Positions 39,490 through 49,538 of a stretch of DNA of 64,000 bases are shown here, piece after piece. The stretch spans positions 4,560-68,559 of the forward strand of contig NZ_CAUPZS010000013.1 of assembly GCF_963515715.1 (NCBI RefSeq), given 5' to 3'. The notes beneath the pieces were generated by a model. It saw nothing but the letters and a program-made list of their open reading frames with translations. It was not told where the DNA came from and did not search any database. The translations under genes were made by a program, and so were the position numbers. Numbering within the stretch: the stretch's first letter is position 1; the number at the start of each line of letters is the position of its first letter. The stretch is from an uncultured Clostridium sp. (GTDB lineage Bacteria; Bacillota; Clostridia; Clostridiales; Clostridiaceae).

Positions 39490-40398
39490 TTAATAAATAT
39501 TTTTACTAAAGTACCTATCTCCTCTATCAGGTAAAACCGTAATTATATTACCTTTATCAATGCTTTGAGCCAATTTTAAAGCGGCGGCTACTGCTGCCCC
39601 AGAGGAACTTCCAACAATAAGTCCTTCCTTTAAGGCTAGAACCTTAACCATTTCATATGCCTCTTCATCAGTAACCTTTATAACCTCGTCCACTAAGGTC
39701 ATATCCATAGTTTTAGGTACGAAGTTATTTCCAATACCTTCAATATCATAGCGACCTTCACTTCCACCACCCATAGTAGAACCATGAGGATCAGCTAAAA
39801 CTCCTTTGATATTATTGTTTTTTTCCTTAAGAAATTTTGTAACTCCCGTAAAAGTGCCTCCACTACCAGCTCCACATATGAAATAATCTATTTTCCCATC
39901 CATAGCTTCATATATCTCTGGCCCAGTAGTTCCGTAGTGCTCCAGTGGATTTGATTGATTTTCAAACTGCCTTAAGCTTATTGAATTTTCTATAGTATTT
40001 AATAATTCTTCAGCCTTCTCAACAGCTCCCATCATACCGCTTTCTCTTGGTGTATTTATTATTGTAGCTCCTAATGCTCTCATCAAAGCTTGCTTTTCAA
40101 CTGAAAATTTCTCTGGAACTACAAAAATTACATTGTATCCCTTATTTATTGCCCCAAGAGCAACACCAATGCCAGTATTTCCAGCAGTAGCTTCAACTAT
40201 TGTATATCCTGGCTTTAGCTTTCCTTCTTTTTCAGCTTGTTCAATCATATAAGCTCCTATCCTATCTTTAACACTTCCACCTGGATTAAGATTTTCAAGC
40301 TTTGCAAAAATGCTAACTCCAGCTTTAATATTTAAATTATTAAGCTTTATAATGGGGGTGTTCCCTATAAGCTCTTTTATACTATTTAAATATTTCAC
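39490..40398 (-). CDS. mccA: O-acetylserine-dependent cystathionine beta-synthase / cysteine synthase family (probable GTG start 40398)
   Basis: NPGGSVKDR PLP lysine, EATAGNTGIG, GAGSGGT, IEGIG, GSSSGA; adjacent to mccB and luxS. Confidence 0.78.
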   Translation of the reverse strand: MKYLNSIKELIGNTPIIKLNNLNIKAGVSIFAKLENLNPGGSVKDRIGAYMIEQAEKEGKLKPGYTIVEATAGNTGIGVALGAINKGYNVIFVVPEKFSVEKQALMRALGATIINTPRESGMMGAVEKAEELLNTIENSISLRQFENQSNPLEHYGTTGPEIYEAMDGKIDYFICGAGSGGTFTGVTKFLKEKNNNIKGVLADPHGSTMGGGSEGRYDIEGIGNNFVPKTMDMTLVDEVIKVTDEEAYEMVKVLALKEGLIVGSSSGAAVAAALKLAQSIDKGNIITVLPDRGDRYFSKNIY

Positions 40399-40834
40399 TG
40401 CTAACACCCTTTCTTAAAACATGCTTTGCATATTCCTTTGCTGAAAAAAGAGAATGATCTCTATAGTTTCCGCATTGAACTGCATTAGTGGCAGGCACTT
40501 CTTCTGTTTCTACAACTTTATTTAATGCATAATTTAATGCTTCAATAACCATATCAACTTCAACTTCTCCCCAAACTACCATGTAAAAGCCTGTTCTGCA
40601 TCCCATTGGAGAAATATCTATTATATTATCCATCTTTTCTCTCATATATCCTGCAAGTAGATGCTCAAGTGTATGAACTGCTGCTGTTGGCATTTCCTCT
40701 TCATTAGGCTGTAAGAACCTTAAATCAAACTTGGAGATTATATCCCCCTTTTCTCCTTGCTGAGTTCCGCATTGTCTTACAAAAGGTGCCTTAACCTTTG
40801 TGTGATCTAATAAAAAACTTTCTACTTTTACCAT
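40382..40834 (-). CDS. luxS: S-ribosylhomocysteine lyase
   Basis: VESFLLDHTKV, HTLEHLLA, SPMGCRTGFY, CGNYRDH. Confidence 0.96.
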   Translation of the reverse strand: MVKVESFLLDHTKVKAPFVRQCGTQQGEKGDIISKFDLRFLQPNEEEMPTAAVHTLEHLLAGYMREKMDNIIDISPMGCRTGFYMVVWGEVEVDMVIEALNYALNKVVETEEVPATNAVQCGNYRDHSLFSAKEYAKHVLRKGVSSEIFK

Positions 40835-40835
40835 T

Positions 40836-41978
40836 TTATTTACCCTCTCTTAATGCATTTTCTAAATCTTGTATTAAATCTTCATCCTTTTCTATGCCCA
40901 CAGATAATCTTATTAAATTATCCACAATACCAACCTTTTGTCTTAGTTCATAAGGTATAGAACCATGGGTCATAGAGGCAGGATGACAAACTAAGGACTC
41001 GACTCCTCCTAAACTTTCTCCAAAGGTTATTAACTTAAAACTTTCAAGGAACTTTTTATAATCGTAGCCTTCCTTAAGAACAAAGGATATCATTCCACCA
41101 TAACCATTAGCTTGTCTTGATTGAACTTCATGCCCTGGATGATCCTCAAAACCTGGATAATATACCTTTTCTATTTCTTCTCTATTTCTTAAAAACTCCG
41201 CAACAACCTTTGCATTATCCTCATGCCTATCCATTCTCACTGCTAAAGTCTTAATTCCTCTTATTAAAAGGAAGGAATCAAATGGAGCTAAAACTCCTCC
41301 AGTAGAATTCTGAACAAAATGAAGTCTTTCTGCTAATTCCTTGCTGTTTACAACAGCAATACCTGAAACTACATCACTGTGTCCCCCTAGATATTTAGTT
41401 GCGCTATGAATAACTATATCTACTCCAAGAGTTATTGGCTTTTGTAAATATGGAGTCATGAAGGTATTATCAACGATAGTATATATACCCTTTTCCTTAG
41501 CTATCTTTGACACCGCTTCTATATCGGTTATGTCCATAAGAGGATTTGTTGGGCTTTCTATATATATTGCCTTTACTGTTTCATCAATGCTGTTTCTTAC
41601 TTCATCTAAATCTGAAGTATTAACTATGGAATACTCAATGCCAAAGTTATTAAATACTTTATCTAAAACTCTAAAGGTGCCACCATATACATTGTTTGAA
41701 ATTATTATTCTGTCTCCTGATTTAAATAGTGATAGCACTGCAGTGGTAGCAGCCATTCCTGATGCAAAGGCAAATCCTGCATATCCTTCTTCAAGATCTG
41801 CAACAAGCTTTTCTAAGGCTTCTCTTGTTGGATTCCCTGTTCTTGAATATTCATATCCTTTATTTACACCAAATTTAGACTGTTTATAAGTTGAAGTCTG
41901 GTAAATTGGCACATTTACTGCACCAGTATGCTCATCTCCATCTATTCCACCATGAATTAATAATGATTCAAATTTCAT
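40836..41978 (-). CDS. mccB: Cystathionine gamma-lyase / homocysteine desulfhydrase
   Basis: YSRTGNPTR, ASGMAA, DNTF, HSATKYLGGHSD, ESLGGVESL, RLSVGIE. Confidence 0.85.
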   Translation of the reverse strand: MKFESLLIHGGIDGDEHTGAVNVPIYQTSTYKQSKFGVNKGYEYSRTGNPTREALEKLVADLEEGYAGFAFASGMAATTAVLSLFKSGDRIIISNNVYGGTFRVLDKVFNNFGIEYSIVNTSDLDEVRNSIDETVKAIYIESPTNPLMDITDIEAVSKIAKEKGIYTIVDNTFMTPYLQKPITLGVDIVIHSATKYLGGHSDVVSGIAVVNSKELAERLHFVQNSTGGVLAPFDSFLLIRGIKTLAVRMDRHEDNAKVVAEFLRNREEIEKVYYPGFEDHPGHEVQSRQANGYGGMISFVLKEGYDYKKFLESFKLITFGESLGGVESLVCHPASMTHGSIPYELRQKVGIVDNLIRLSVGIEKDEDLIQDLENALREGK

Positions 41979-42012
41979 TTTTTATTCCTCCTTAAATATT
42001 GTATTATCTATT

Positions 42013-42756
42013 TTACTCATCTACTATGCTTAAAAATTTTCTTAATCGTTCATTACTTGTATTTTGAAACACCTGCTCTGGAGTTCCACTTTCAACAATT
42101 AAACCATCCTCCATAAAAACTACTTTATGTGCTGCTTCTCTTGCAAAGTTCATCTGATGGGTAACTACTATCATGGTCATCCCTTCCTTTGAAAGATCCT
42201 TCATCACCTTTATAACCTCAGCTGCTAACTCTGGATCTAAAGCGGAAGTAGGTTCATCAAATAAAATAACTTCAGGTTCCATTGCCATGGCGCGAGCAAT
42301 CGCCACTCTTTGCTGTTGCCCTCCAGAAAGCTCATAAGGATATTGATCTTTCTTTTCTAAAAGCCCAACCTTTGCTAAAAGCTTAAGACCTTTTTCACGT
42401 GCTTCTTCCTTTGAAAGCTTCAAAACTGTTACTTGTCCCTCCATTATATTTTCTATGACAGTCATATGAGGAAAGAGATAAAAGCCTTGAAACACCATTC
42501 CCGTTTGCTTTCTAAGTGCCAGTATTTCACTATTTGATATCTTTTCACTTTTGTTAAATACTAATTTGCTCTCTCCAATGGTTATAGAACCCTCATTTGG
42601 AGTTTCTAATAAATTTATACATCTTAGAAGAGTTGTTTTTCCTGAACCTGATGGCCCAATAATAACGGCAGTTTCTCCTTTATTAATCTGCAAATCTATA
42701 CCTTTTAAAATTTCATTAGTTCCAAAGCTCTTGTGCAAGTTTTTTATATTTATCAT
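42013..42756 (-). CDS. tcyC: Cystine/polar amino acid ABC ATP-binding protein
   Basis: GPSGSGKT, LSGGQQQRVAIARA, FDEPTSALDPE; Cys T-box context. Confidence 0.8.
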   Translation of the reverse strand: MINIKNLHKSFGTNEILKGIDLQINKGETAVIIGPSGSGKTTLLRCINLLETPNEGSITIGESKLVFNKSEKISNSEILALRKQTGMVFQGFYLFPHMTVIENIMEGQVTVLKLSKEEAREKGLKLLAKVGLLEKKDQYPYELSGGQQQRVAIARAMAMEPEVILFDEPTSALDPELAAEVIKVMKDLSKEGMTMIVVTHQMNFAREAAHKVVFMEDGLIVESGTPEQVFQNTSNERLRKFLSIVDE

Positions 42757-42771
42757 AGGATTCCCTCCCCG

Positions 42772-43455
42772 CTACCTAATTACATATCTTTCAAGTCTTT
42801 TTTCCATCTTATTCTGAAGCATTGATAATACACTACAGAACATAAAATAAATAAATGCTACTTCAATATACAGCCAAAGAGGTTCATAAGTAGATGCTGT
42901 GATTCTCTGAGCTATTTGAAACATTTCGCTAACAGTTATTGTAGCAGCAAGTGATGTATCTTTAACAAGACTTATAAAAGAATTTGCCAGTGGTGGTATT
43001 GAAACTCTAGTGGCTTGGGGTATAATCACTCTTCTCAGCACTTGATTATATGTCATACCTAAAGAGTATCCTGCTTCCCACTGTCCTTTTGGTATGGACA
43101 AAATAGCAGCTCTTATAACTTCAGAATTGTATGCTCCTACGCTTAATGTAAATCCTATTATAGCTGCTGTTAAAGCATCTAATGTTATGCCTGCTGCTGG
43201 AAGCCCATAAAATATTATAAACAATTGAACAATAAGTGGCGTTCCTCTTATTATAGAAACATAAAACTTAGCTAATATAGCTAATGGCTTGAAATTTGAT
43301 ATTCTGGCTAAAGCTGTGCCCAAAGCAATAATTAATCCAAGAGTAAAAGATATAAGGGCAAGAGGAACTGTAAATTGCAGTCCCGCCTTTAATAAGGGTA
43401 AAAATGAGTTTATTAATATCTCTATTATTCTTAATGTTCCATCATCAAGGTTCAT
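42772..43455 (-). CDS. tcyB: Cystine ABC transporter permease
   Basis: RGTPLIVQLF, AYNSEVIRAAI, LVKDTSL. Confidence 0.8.
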   Translation of the reverse strand: MNLDDGTLRIIEILINSFLPLLKAGLQFTVPLALISFTLGLIIALGTALARISNFKPLAILAKFYVSIIRGTPLIVQLFIIFYGLPAAGITLDALTAAIIGFTLSVGAYNSEVIRAAILSIPKGQWEAGYSLGMTYNQVLRRVIIPQATRVSIPPLANSFISLVKDTSLAATITVSEMFQIAQRITASTYEPLWLYIEVAFIYFMFCSVLSMLQNKMEKRLERYVIR

Positions 43456-43467
43456 TGTATCACCTCA

Positions 43468-44289
43468 TTACTTAGACACATCGGTATTAAACCACTTCTT
43501 AGAAATCTCTAAATAAGTGCCGTCTGCTTTCATATCTGCAAGTGCTTTATTTACTGCTTCTACAAGCTCCTTATTTCCTTTGTTAAATAACACTGCACTT
43601 TGCTGAGCATTATCATATTCAGCTACTACTTTTATTGGGGCATCTGGCTTTTGCTTCTTTAGATCTAAGAAGGATAAACTGTCATTAACTGTAGCATCTA
43701 CTCTTTTTGAAGTTATAAGGTCAATTGCCTGATTAAAACCATCAACTTGCTCAATATTAGCACCATAGCTTTCTGCAATTTTAGCAATATTACTTGTTAG
43801 AGATTGAGCAGATTTCTTACCCTTTAAATCTTCAAAGCTTTTAATATCCTGATTATCATTTCCTACAATAAGCACCGCTCTGGATGTTATATATGGTGTT
43901 GAAAAATCATATTTTGCTTTACGGTCTGGGTTAATTGAAACTTGATTCACCACAGCATCAAATCTTTTTGCATCTAATCCAGCAAATAGTCCATCCCATT
44001 TTGTATCCACAAATTCTGCTTTTACACCAAGACGCTTTGCTATTTCAGTTGCTATTTCAACGTCAAATCCTGTTAAATTACCATTACTATCATGAAAGCT
44101 AAAAGGAGCATAGGTTCCTTCTGTACCAATACGTATTTTTCCTTCACTCTTTATTTCTTCTAATAGATTTTTCGATTCAGTTTGAGTACCTTGATTATTT
44201 GCTTGCTTGTCTTTTGTTCCACAAGCTGTAAGACCTACAACTAAAGTTAAAGCTAATACTGCACTAATGAATATTTTTCTTTTTTTCAT
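43468..44289 (-). CDS. tcyA: Cystine-binding lipoprotein
   Basis: Lipobox LTAC; GTEGTYAPF, AQSLTSN, NDSLS. Confidence 0.82.
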   Translation of the reverse strand: MKKRKIFISAVLALTLVVGLTACGTKDKQANNQGTQTESKNLLEEIKSEGKIRIGTEGTYAPFSFHDSNGNLTGFDVEIATEIAKRLGVKAEFVDTKWDGLFAGLDAKRFDAVVNQVSINPDRKAKYDFSTPYITSRAVLIVGNDNQDIKSFEDLKGKKSAQSLTSNIAKIAESYGANIEQVDGFNQAIDLITSKRVDATVNDSLSFLDLKKQKPDAPIKVVAEYDNAQQSAVLFNKGNKELVEAVNKALADMKADGTYLEISKKWFNTDVSK

Positions 44290-44319
44290 TTTAATTCCTC
44301 CTAAATTTAATTATTTAAA

Positions 44320-44597
44320 ACAAAAAACTCCTACCCCTAAAAACTTAGAGGCAGAAGTTAACTTCCACGGTTCCACTCTAATTGTCATATGTATAACAAA
44401 AATATACAATGACATCTTATCCTTTTGGTACATAGATACCTCAACGCTTTAACGGGCGTACACGCTGTCATCTACTATATTTCGAGACAGTGCTCAAAGA
44501 TGCATTCACACAAGTTACACTTAAAATCCCTTTCAGCCTAGAGGATTTCTCTCTTTTAGCTTACCTTATGCTACTATTTCTTATCATCGCATTAACC
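44320..44597 (-). ncRNA. T-box riboswitch, cysteine specifier (UGC)
   Basis: Minus strand: AGAGA box, GCUGAAA GNUG loop, specifier GAA-UGC-A (44504-44502), CCCGUUA, T-box AAUUAGAGUGGAACCGUG (44383-44366), terminator hairpin plus U-run (44359-44322). Confidence 0.92.
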
Positions 44598-44637
44598 AAT
44601 TCATACTAATCATATTGACTTAATATGATTTAATGTT

Positions 44638-44666
44638 ATAATACGCTATCTACATCCTTTTGTCAA
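44638..44666 (-). promoter_or_regulatory. SigA promoter of the T-box leader
   Basis: TTGACA-17bp-TATTAT. Confidence 0.65.
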
Positions 44667-44812
44667 CTAAAATTTTAAAATTATATTTAGTTTTTTAGTA
44701 GCTATTGAAACAAAAAATCTTAGGTAGTAACCTGTACTCTTCAGAGTTCAGGAAACAATACCTAAGATTTTTAAATTGTTTCACAAATAAAGTTTTATTA
44801 GTCAAAAAATTA

Positions 44813-45484
44813 TTAAGTATCATTCTCCTTATCTCGCTTTTTCATAAGTTCTTCCTCTTTGTCTCGTTTTTTCATAAATTCTTCCATCTCTCTATTCTTT
44901 TCTTGGAATTTTATAAATTCTTCGTGTTTTTTCTTTTGAGTTGAATTTCCTTTTTTTGCATCAAAGTTAATTGGAAGGTATTTTTCATCGATTATCTTTT
45001 CATAGTTTATATCAATAAAATGATCACAAAAATTAATTTCCGCATAGATTAATTTGTTATTTTCTTTGTCAGCCAAAGCATAAACATAACCACTATCGTC
45101 CGCATAAACTGCACTTACTGGATAATTAAATCCAGTTGCACCATATACGAGATAATCTTTAGAGGAATATAACTTTGATAATCTCTCTGTCTCTTCAATA
45201 AAGTCTTCATCATTGCAAGTATATACAAGGTATGACACAAAATGCGGATCAAATGAATTATAATAATAATAGCAAAAATCTTCAACTTTTGCTGAATCTG
45301 GGATACTTTTTGGGAATGTATCATTGCTATGCGTACTCTCATTTCCGAAATATTTATTATAATTACGTATGTCAGTAGTTTTATCTCTTTCTATCCACAT
45401 TGCACAGAAACCAAGGGGTAAAACAATTAGCATAATCATAAAAATTTTTGATATATTTACTATTATCTTTTCTGTCTTATTCAT
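44813..45484 (-). CDS. Hypothetical membrane-anchored protein with C-terminal tandem repeat
   Basis: N-terminal TM; ends EEFMKKRDKE-EELMKKRDKE. Confidence 0.65.
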   Translation of the reverse strand: MNKTEKIIVNISKIFMIMLIVLPLGFCAMWIERDKTTDIRNYNKYFGNESTHSNDTFPKSIPDSAKVEDFCYYYYNSFDPHFVSYLVYTCNDEDFIEETERLSKLYSSKDYLVYGATGFNYPVSAVYADDSGYVYALADKENNKLIYAEINFCDHFIDINYEKIIDEKYLPINFDAKKGNSTQKKKHEEFIKFQEKNREMEEFMKKRDKEEELMKKRDKENDT

Positions 45485-45784
45485 CTATTTTACCTCCTTT
45501 TAGTTCCAAAAGTGATTTTAATTTCATAAAATGTATACAACGTACAAATTTCCTATATTAATATTAACATTATATTGTAAATATTAATATAGTTATATAT
45601 CTCTATTTCAAGTTCAACTATTCCTCAAATAATAATAATACCATATACCAGTTATGATACTATTTAATTCCAATGAAAAAAAGGAAAACCTCACTTATTT
45701 ATGCTACATTTCTCCATAACAGTATTAAGTAAGGTTTTCAATTATATAGTTCAATTTACTAATATAAAAAGACTGTAATATAAA

Positions 45785-46630
45785 TTAAAAATCAAAGTTA
45801 TCTGGATCTGGCCCTACTCTTAAATCTTGATTTAAGGTATCTATCTTTTCAATATCGTCTTTACTTAGATTAAAATCAAATATATCTATATTTTGAAGTA
45901 ATCTTCCCTCATTTGTAGATTTAGGAATAGTTATTACTTGACTTTGTAAATCCCAACGTAGCACTATTTGAGCTACTGTTTTATTATACTTTTTAGCTAT
46001 TTCCTTTAACATTTCATTTCCTAATAATCCATTGCCAGCCATTAAAGGTGACCATGCTTCAACTTGAATATCATTTACTTTACAGAATTCTCTAACCTTT
46101 TTCTGACTTAAGTACGGGTGGAATTCTATTTGATTTATAACGGGTTTTATTTCAGCATCATTTAATAAATCTTGAAGATGATGAACTTGGAAATTACTTA
46201 CTCCTATAGCCTTAACACGACCTTCTTTATATAGATATTCTAATGCTCTCCAAGCTTCTTTATATTTTCCTTCTACTGGCCAATGAATAAGGTATAAATC
46301 TAAATAATCAATACCTAATCTATTTAAACTTGCTTCATAAGCTGCTATGGCTGATTCATATCCTAAATCAGCATTCCAAACCTTAGAAGTTATAAACAAG
46401 TCTTCTCTTGAGATCCCTGCCTCCTTTATACCTTGTCTTATACCTTCTCCCATAGCTTCTTCATTTCCATATATAGCTGCACCATCAATACTTCTATATC
46501 CATTTTTTATTGCCACTTTAACTGCATTTACTAATTCTGAACTATCCTCTACTCTGAAAACCCCAAGTTCTAATCTTGGCATCTCAACCCCATTATTTAA
46601 AGTAATTGTACTATTTATATTCTCTGTCAT
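45785..46630 (-). CDS. Aldo/keto reductase (YtbE/YvgN-like)
   Basis: GYRSIDGAAIYGNE, TSKVWN, DLYLIHWP, IGVSNF, IPKS, GPDPDNFDF. Confidence 0.92.
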   Translation of the reverse strand: MTENINSTITLNNGVEMPRLELGVFRVEDSSELVNAVKVAIKNGYRSIDGAAIYGNEEAMGEGIRQGIKEAGISREDLFITSKVWNADLGYESAIAAYEASLNRLGIDYLDLYLIHWPVEGKYKEAWRALEYLYKEGRVKAIGVSNFQVHHLQDLLNDAEIKPVINQIEFHPYLSQKKVREFCKVNDIQVEAWSPLMAGNGLLGNEMLKEIAKKYNKTVAQIVLRWDLQSQVITIPKSTNEGRLLQNIDIFDFNLSKDDIEKIDTLNQDLRVGPDPDNFDF

Positions 46631-46674
46631 ATTAATCTCTCTCCCTCCAAACCTTTAATTATTTTTATTAATAT

Positions 46675-46860
46675 ATTTATCCGATGACTAGCCGCTCTAA
46701 TACTCCCATCGCACTCTGTGAAAGCGATTCACATAAAATCAAAGATTCTGGTTCTCTGCTTTTCTTCAAAGTGGGAGCTAAGAGCGGCTATGTCCCTGGA
46801 TAACGATTTCTAAGAATCAGATGGAGTAAAAACTCCACCTGATTCAAGAACTCTGTTTAT
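46675..46860. repeat. Dispersed palindromic repeat, copy 2 (overlaps the stop codon of the flavoprotein gene)
   Basis: TTATCCGATGACTAGCCGCTCT..CTCCCA..GTGGGAG..AGAGCGGCTATGTCCCTGGATAA, then AATCAGATGGAGT..ACTCCACCTGATT. Confidence 0.88.
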
Positions 46861-47492
46861 CTTATGAAACTCATAAAACTCTTATCCTCTCTTTTTGGTG
46901 CTTCAACATTATCTTTCCCGAATTCAACAAGTTTCATCAACCATGACATATTCTTACCTAACACTCTCATTATTTGCATTCCCTCATCATCCTGAAGAAC
47001 CTCGTTTGGTGTTCTACCATAAGCTACATTCCAATAATTTGATGTAGGCATTAACATTTCTGAATAATTAATATAATTATTTAATTGATCAAATACCGGA
47101 ACTCCTCCCGATCTTCTAACTGCAACAACACTTGCTCCAACTTTATGTCTAAGCATACCATCATTTACTGATGTCACAAGAAATGCACGGTCTAAGAATG
47201 ACTTCATGGTTCCTGCAATAGCCGAATAATAAACTGGAGATCCTAATATAATCCCATCGGCCTCTTTCATCTTTGCAATCCATTCATTAACCTCATCATT
47301 ATCAATGACACATTTTTCATTCTTATTTCTACTACATCCACCACAAGCTAAGCATCCACGTATTACCTTATTTCCAACGTGAATAATCTCCACCTCAATA
47401 TTTTCTTTTTCTAATTCCTTTGCTACAATCTCTATTGATTTATATGTGTTCCCATCTTTTTTAGGACTTCCATTAAAAGCAACTACCTTCAT
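46857..47492 (-). CDS. Flavodoxin-family iron-sulfur flavoprotein (NADPH-dependent FMN reductase)
   Basis: NGSPKKDGNT, CLACGGC...C cluster, GSPVYY, VRRSGG, SNYWN. Confidence 0.88.
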   Translation of the reverse strand: MKVVAFNGSPKKDGNTYKSIEIVAKELEKENIEVEIIHVGNKVIRGCLACGGCSRNKNEKCVIDNDEVNEWIAKMKEADGIILGSPVYYSAIAGTMKSFLDRAFLVTSVNDGMLRHKVGASVVAVRRSGGVPVFDQLNNYINYSEMLMPTSNYWNVAYGRTPNEVLQDDEGMQIMRVLGKNMSWLMKLVEFGKDNVEAPKREDKSFMSFIR

Positions 47493-47642
47493 ATTATCTC
47501 TCCTTACATCTGTTTTTTTACTTCTCGACTTATGTCCTCATTATATAAATACCTACACCACTTAACAAGTACGCACTTTAAAGTTAGATACCTTAAATTT
47601 AAAAACTCCCATATGTAATCACATTACACATAGGAGTTTTTC

Positions 47643-49538
47643 TTATATCAAACTTTTTTTCATCTCTAGCAAGTAGTTTTTTCTAATAATGAAGAAATAT
47701 ATAATTTGAGCGATTAACATAATTCCTATGACCTGTAATGCTGGAACAGTTATTTCAATGCCCAAACTATGTTTCATTGCACTTATAGCAAAGGCAAAGT
47801 GCACTACAGCAACTATATAAGGAAGCAAAAATAGTACCCCTATCTCAATATTTAGTATGCTTTTTATTTCTTTAAAAGTTAATCCTATTTTATTTAACTG
47901 TTTGTATTTAGTTTTATCCTCTATAATATCCATGTAGCACTTGTTATACAAGAAGCTTCCCGTTGTTACAAAGAATATAAGCCCGATAAATATTACACTG
48001 AACAAAAGTACCCCATAAGCTATTTTTGTACTTTCTAGTATATATGCTTTCAAGGAATTATTATAAAATTTATTATTTTCATCGATATTTTTAAAGTTAT
48101 TATAAAAATTTTCACATATATTTAATGTATCCTTATAATCCTCTACATTTAATGCTCCAAAATAGTACTTAACACCAGTTATCCTTTCATATATCTCATC
48201 TTTAACTACATATACACCTTTATTATAATTAGCTACATTTACATCTCTATGAATTGTCGGAAGTATACCTTTATCACTCTCTTTAGTAACCTCTAGTTTT
48301 ATATTGTTCAGACTAATATTTTTTCTTTTATCTCCAGGGAAAGATGAATGCTTTATAGTTTCATTTTCATTGAAGGGAATAGTATTTAAAGCCAGTGTTG
48401 ATGCTAACTTTTTATAGGCAGTTTCGTTAATTATAACTACTTCATCTGTGTCCCCATCAGGAATAACAAACTTTATTTCGTTACTAGCTTTAGTGTAGGG
48501 TATCACCTGATCTTTCAGTGAATTTTCAATAAAATCAGCTTTTAAATCAACTTCATCTTTATTCTCGTAAGTATTAGAAAAGAAAAATGCTTGCGGAAAT
48601 TCTCTGTTTAGTTGATATTCCTTATCTCTCCAATAAGCATATACTGATCCTATTGCTGAAAGGGCAACCGTCGAAGTTATTGTTATTAGGAAAAACATTC
48701 TGGTATTATCCTTTACCCTGTATAGTAAATTTGAAACCCAAAGCATTGTAGTTTTTTTCATATATAAGTTTCTATTTCTCTTTAGTAATTTGATTACAAA
48801 CACACTTAATTGAGAAAATAATAAATAGGTGGCAACAACAACCATTGTAGTTACAGGTATTATTCTATTGGTTATTGTTTTTATACTGCTTGTAACTGAT
48901 AAAAAATATCCTACAGCTAAAAGCACTATACATATTATAGCAAGAATGACAGAGGCTTTTGGCTCAGGTCTTGGTCTTTTAGTTCCCTTTATTAAATTTA
49001 AAACTTTATCTTCTCTTATAATAAATGTGCAAAAAGTTGAAATTACTATTCCAATTATTACAAAAGCACTAAAGGTAATAATCATAGCTTTAACAGGGAA
49101 ATAAAACTTTAGAGCATCATATCCTAAAAGCTTTCCGCTGGCGGCTAAAAGTATCTTAGAGAAAATTAATCCAAGCAATATGCCTGCAAATGCTGCCACT
49201 GAACTAATAAGCATATTTTCAATACGTATCATCTTTTGTACTAGCTTTTTTGAAGCACCTATAATATAAAGTATTCCAAATTCTTTATACCTACTTTTAA
49301 GAAAAACACTTATGGAATAAAAAACGAAGAAGCATAAAAATAGGTACGCAATTACCGTCGTTACATAAAATGAATTTTTTATGTGCTGAGGAAACAAACT
49401 TACATCAAAATCTGGGTGAAATACAAGCATAGTAAAAGAGAATAATAAGGCTGCTGATATGGTGCTACTTAAAAAGTATGCAAAATATGCTTTTGCATTT
49501 CTCTGCACATTTTTAGTTGCAAACTCTCTAAGATTCAT
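47643..49538 (-). CDS. BceB-like FtsX-domain ABC permease
   Basis: FATKNVQRN..YFAYF, RYKEFGILYIIG, GSFLYNK; large extracellular loop. Confidence 0.85.
   Translation of the reverse strand: MNLREFATKNVQRNAKAYFAYFLSSTISAALLFSFTMLVFHPDFDVSLFPQHIKNSFYVTTVIAYLFLCFFVFYSISVFLKSRYKEFGILYIIGASKKLVQKMIRIENMLISSVAAFAGILLGLIFSKILLAASGKLLGYDALKFYFPVKAMIITFSAFVIIGIVISTFCTFIIREDKVLNLIKGTKRPRPEPKASVILAIICIVLLAVGYFLSVTSSIKTITNRIIPVTTMVVVATYLLFSQLSVFVIKLLKRNRNLYMKKTTMLWVSNLLYRVKDNTRMFFLITITSTVALSAIGSVYAYWRDKEYQLNREFPQAFFFSNTYENKDEVDLKADFIENSLKDQVIPYTKASNEIKFVIPDGDTDEVVIINETAYKKLASTLALNTIPFNENETIKHSSFPGDKRKNISLNNIKLEVTKESDKGILPTIHRDVNVANYNKGVYVVKDEIYERITGVKYYFGALNVEDYKDTLNICENFYNNFKNIDENNKFYNNSLKAYILESTKIAYGVLLFSVIFIGLIFFVTTGSFLYNKCYMDIIEDKTKYKQLNKIGLTFKEIKSILNIEIGVLFLLPYIVAVVHFAFAISAMKHSLGIEITVPALQVIGIMLIAQIIYFFIIRKNYLLEMKKSLI

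Noticed and set aside
39340..39490. Antisense S-box riboswitch downstream of mccA, as in C. acetobutylicum
   Set aside because: No AUCxAGAG/GCAACC/GUGC S-box elements seen; only a terminator hairpin
44705..44944. 79-aa plus-strand ORF
   Set aside because: Antisense to the repeat-containing 3' end of the 44813-45484 gene
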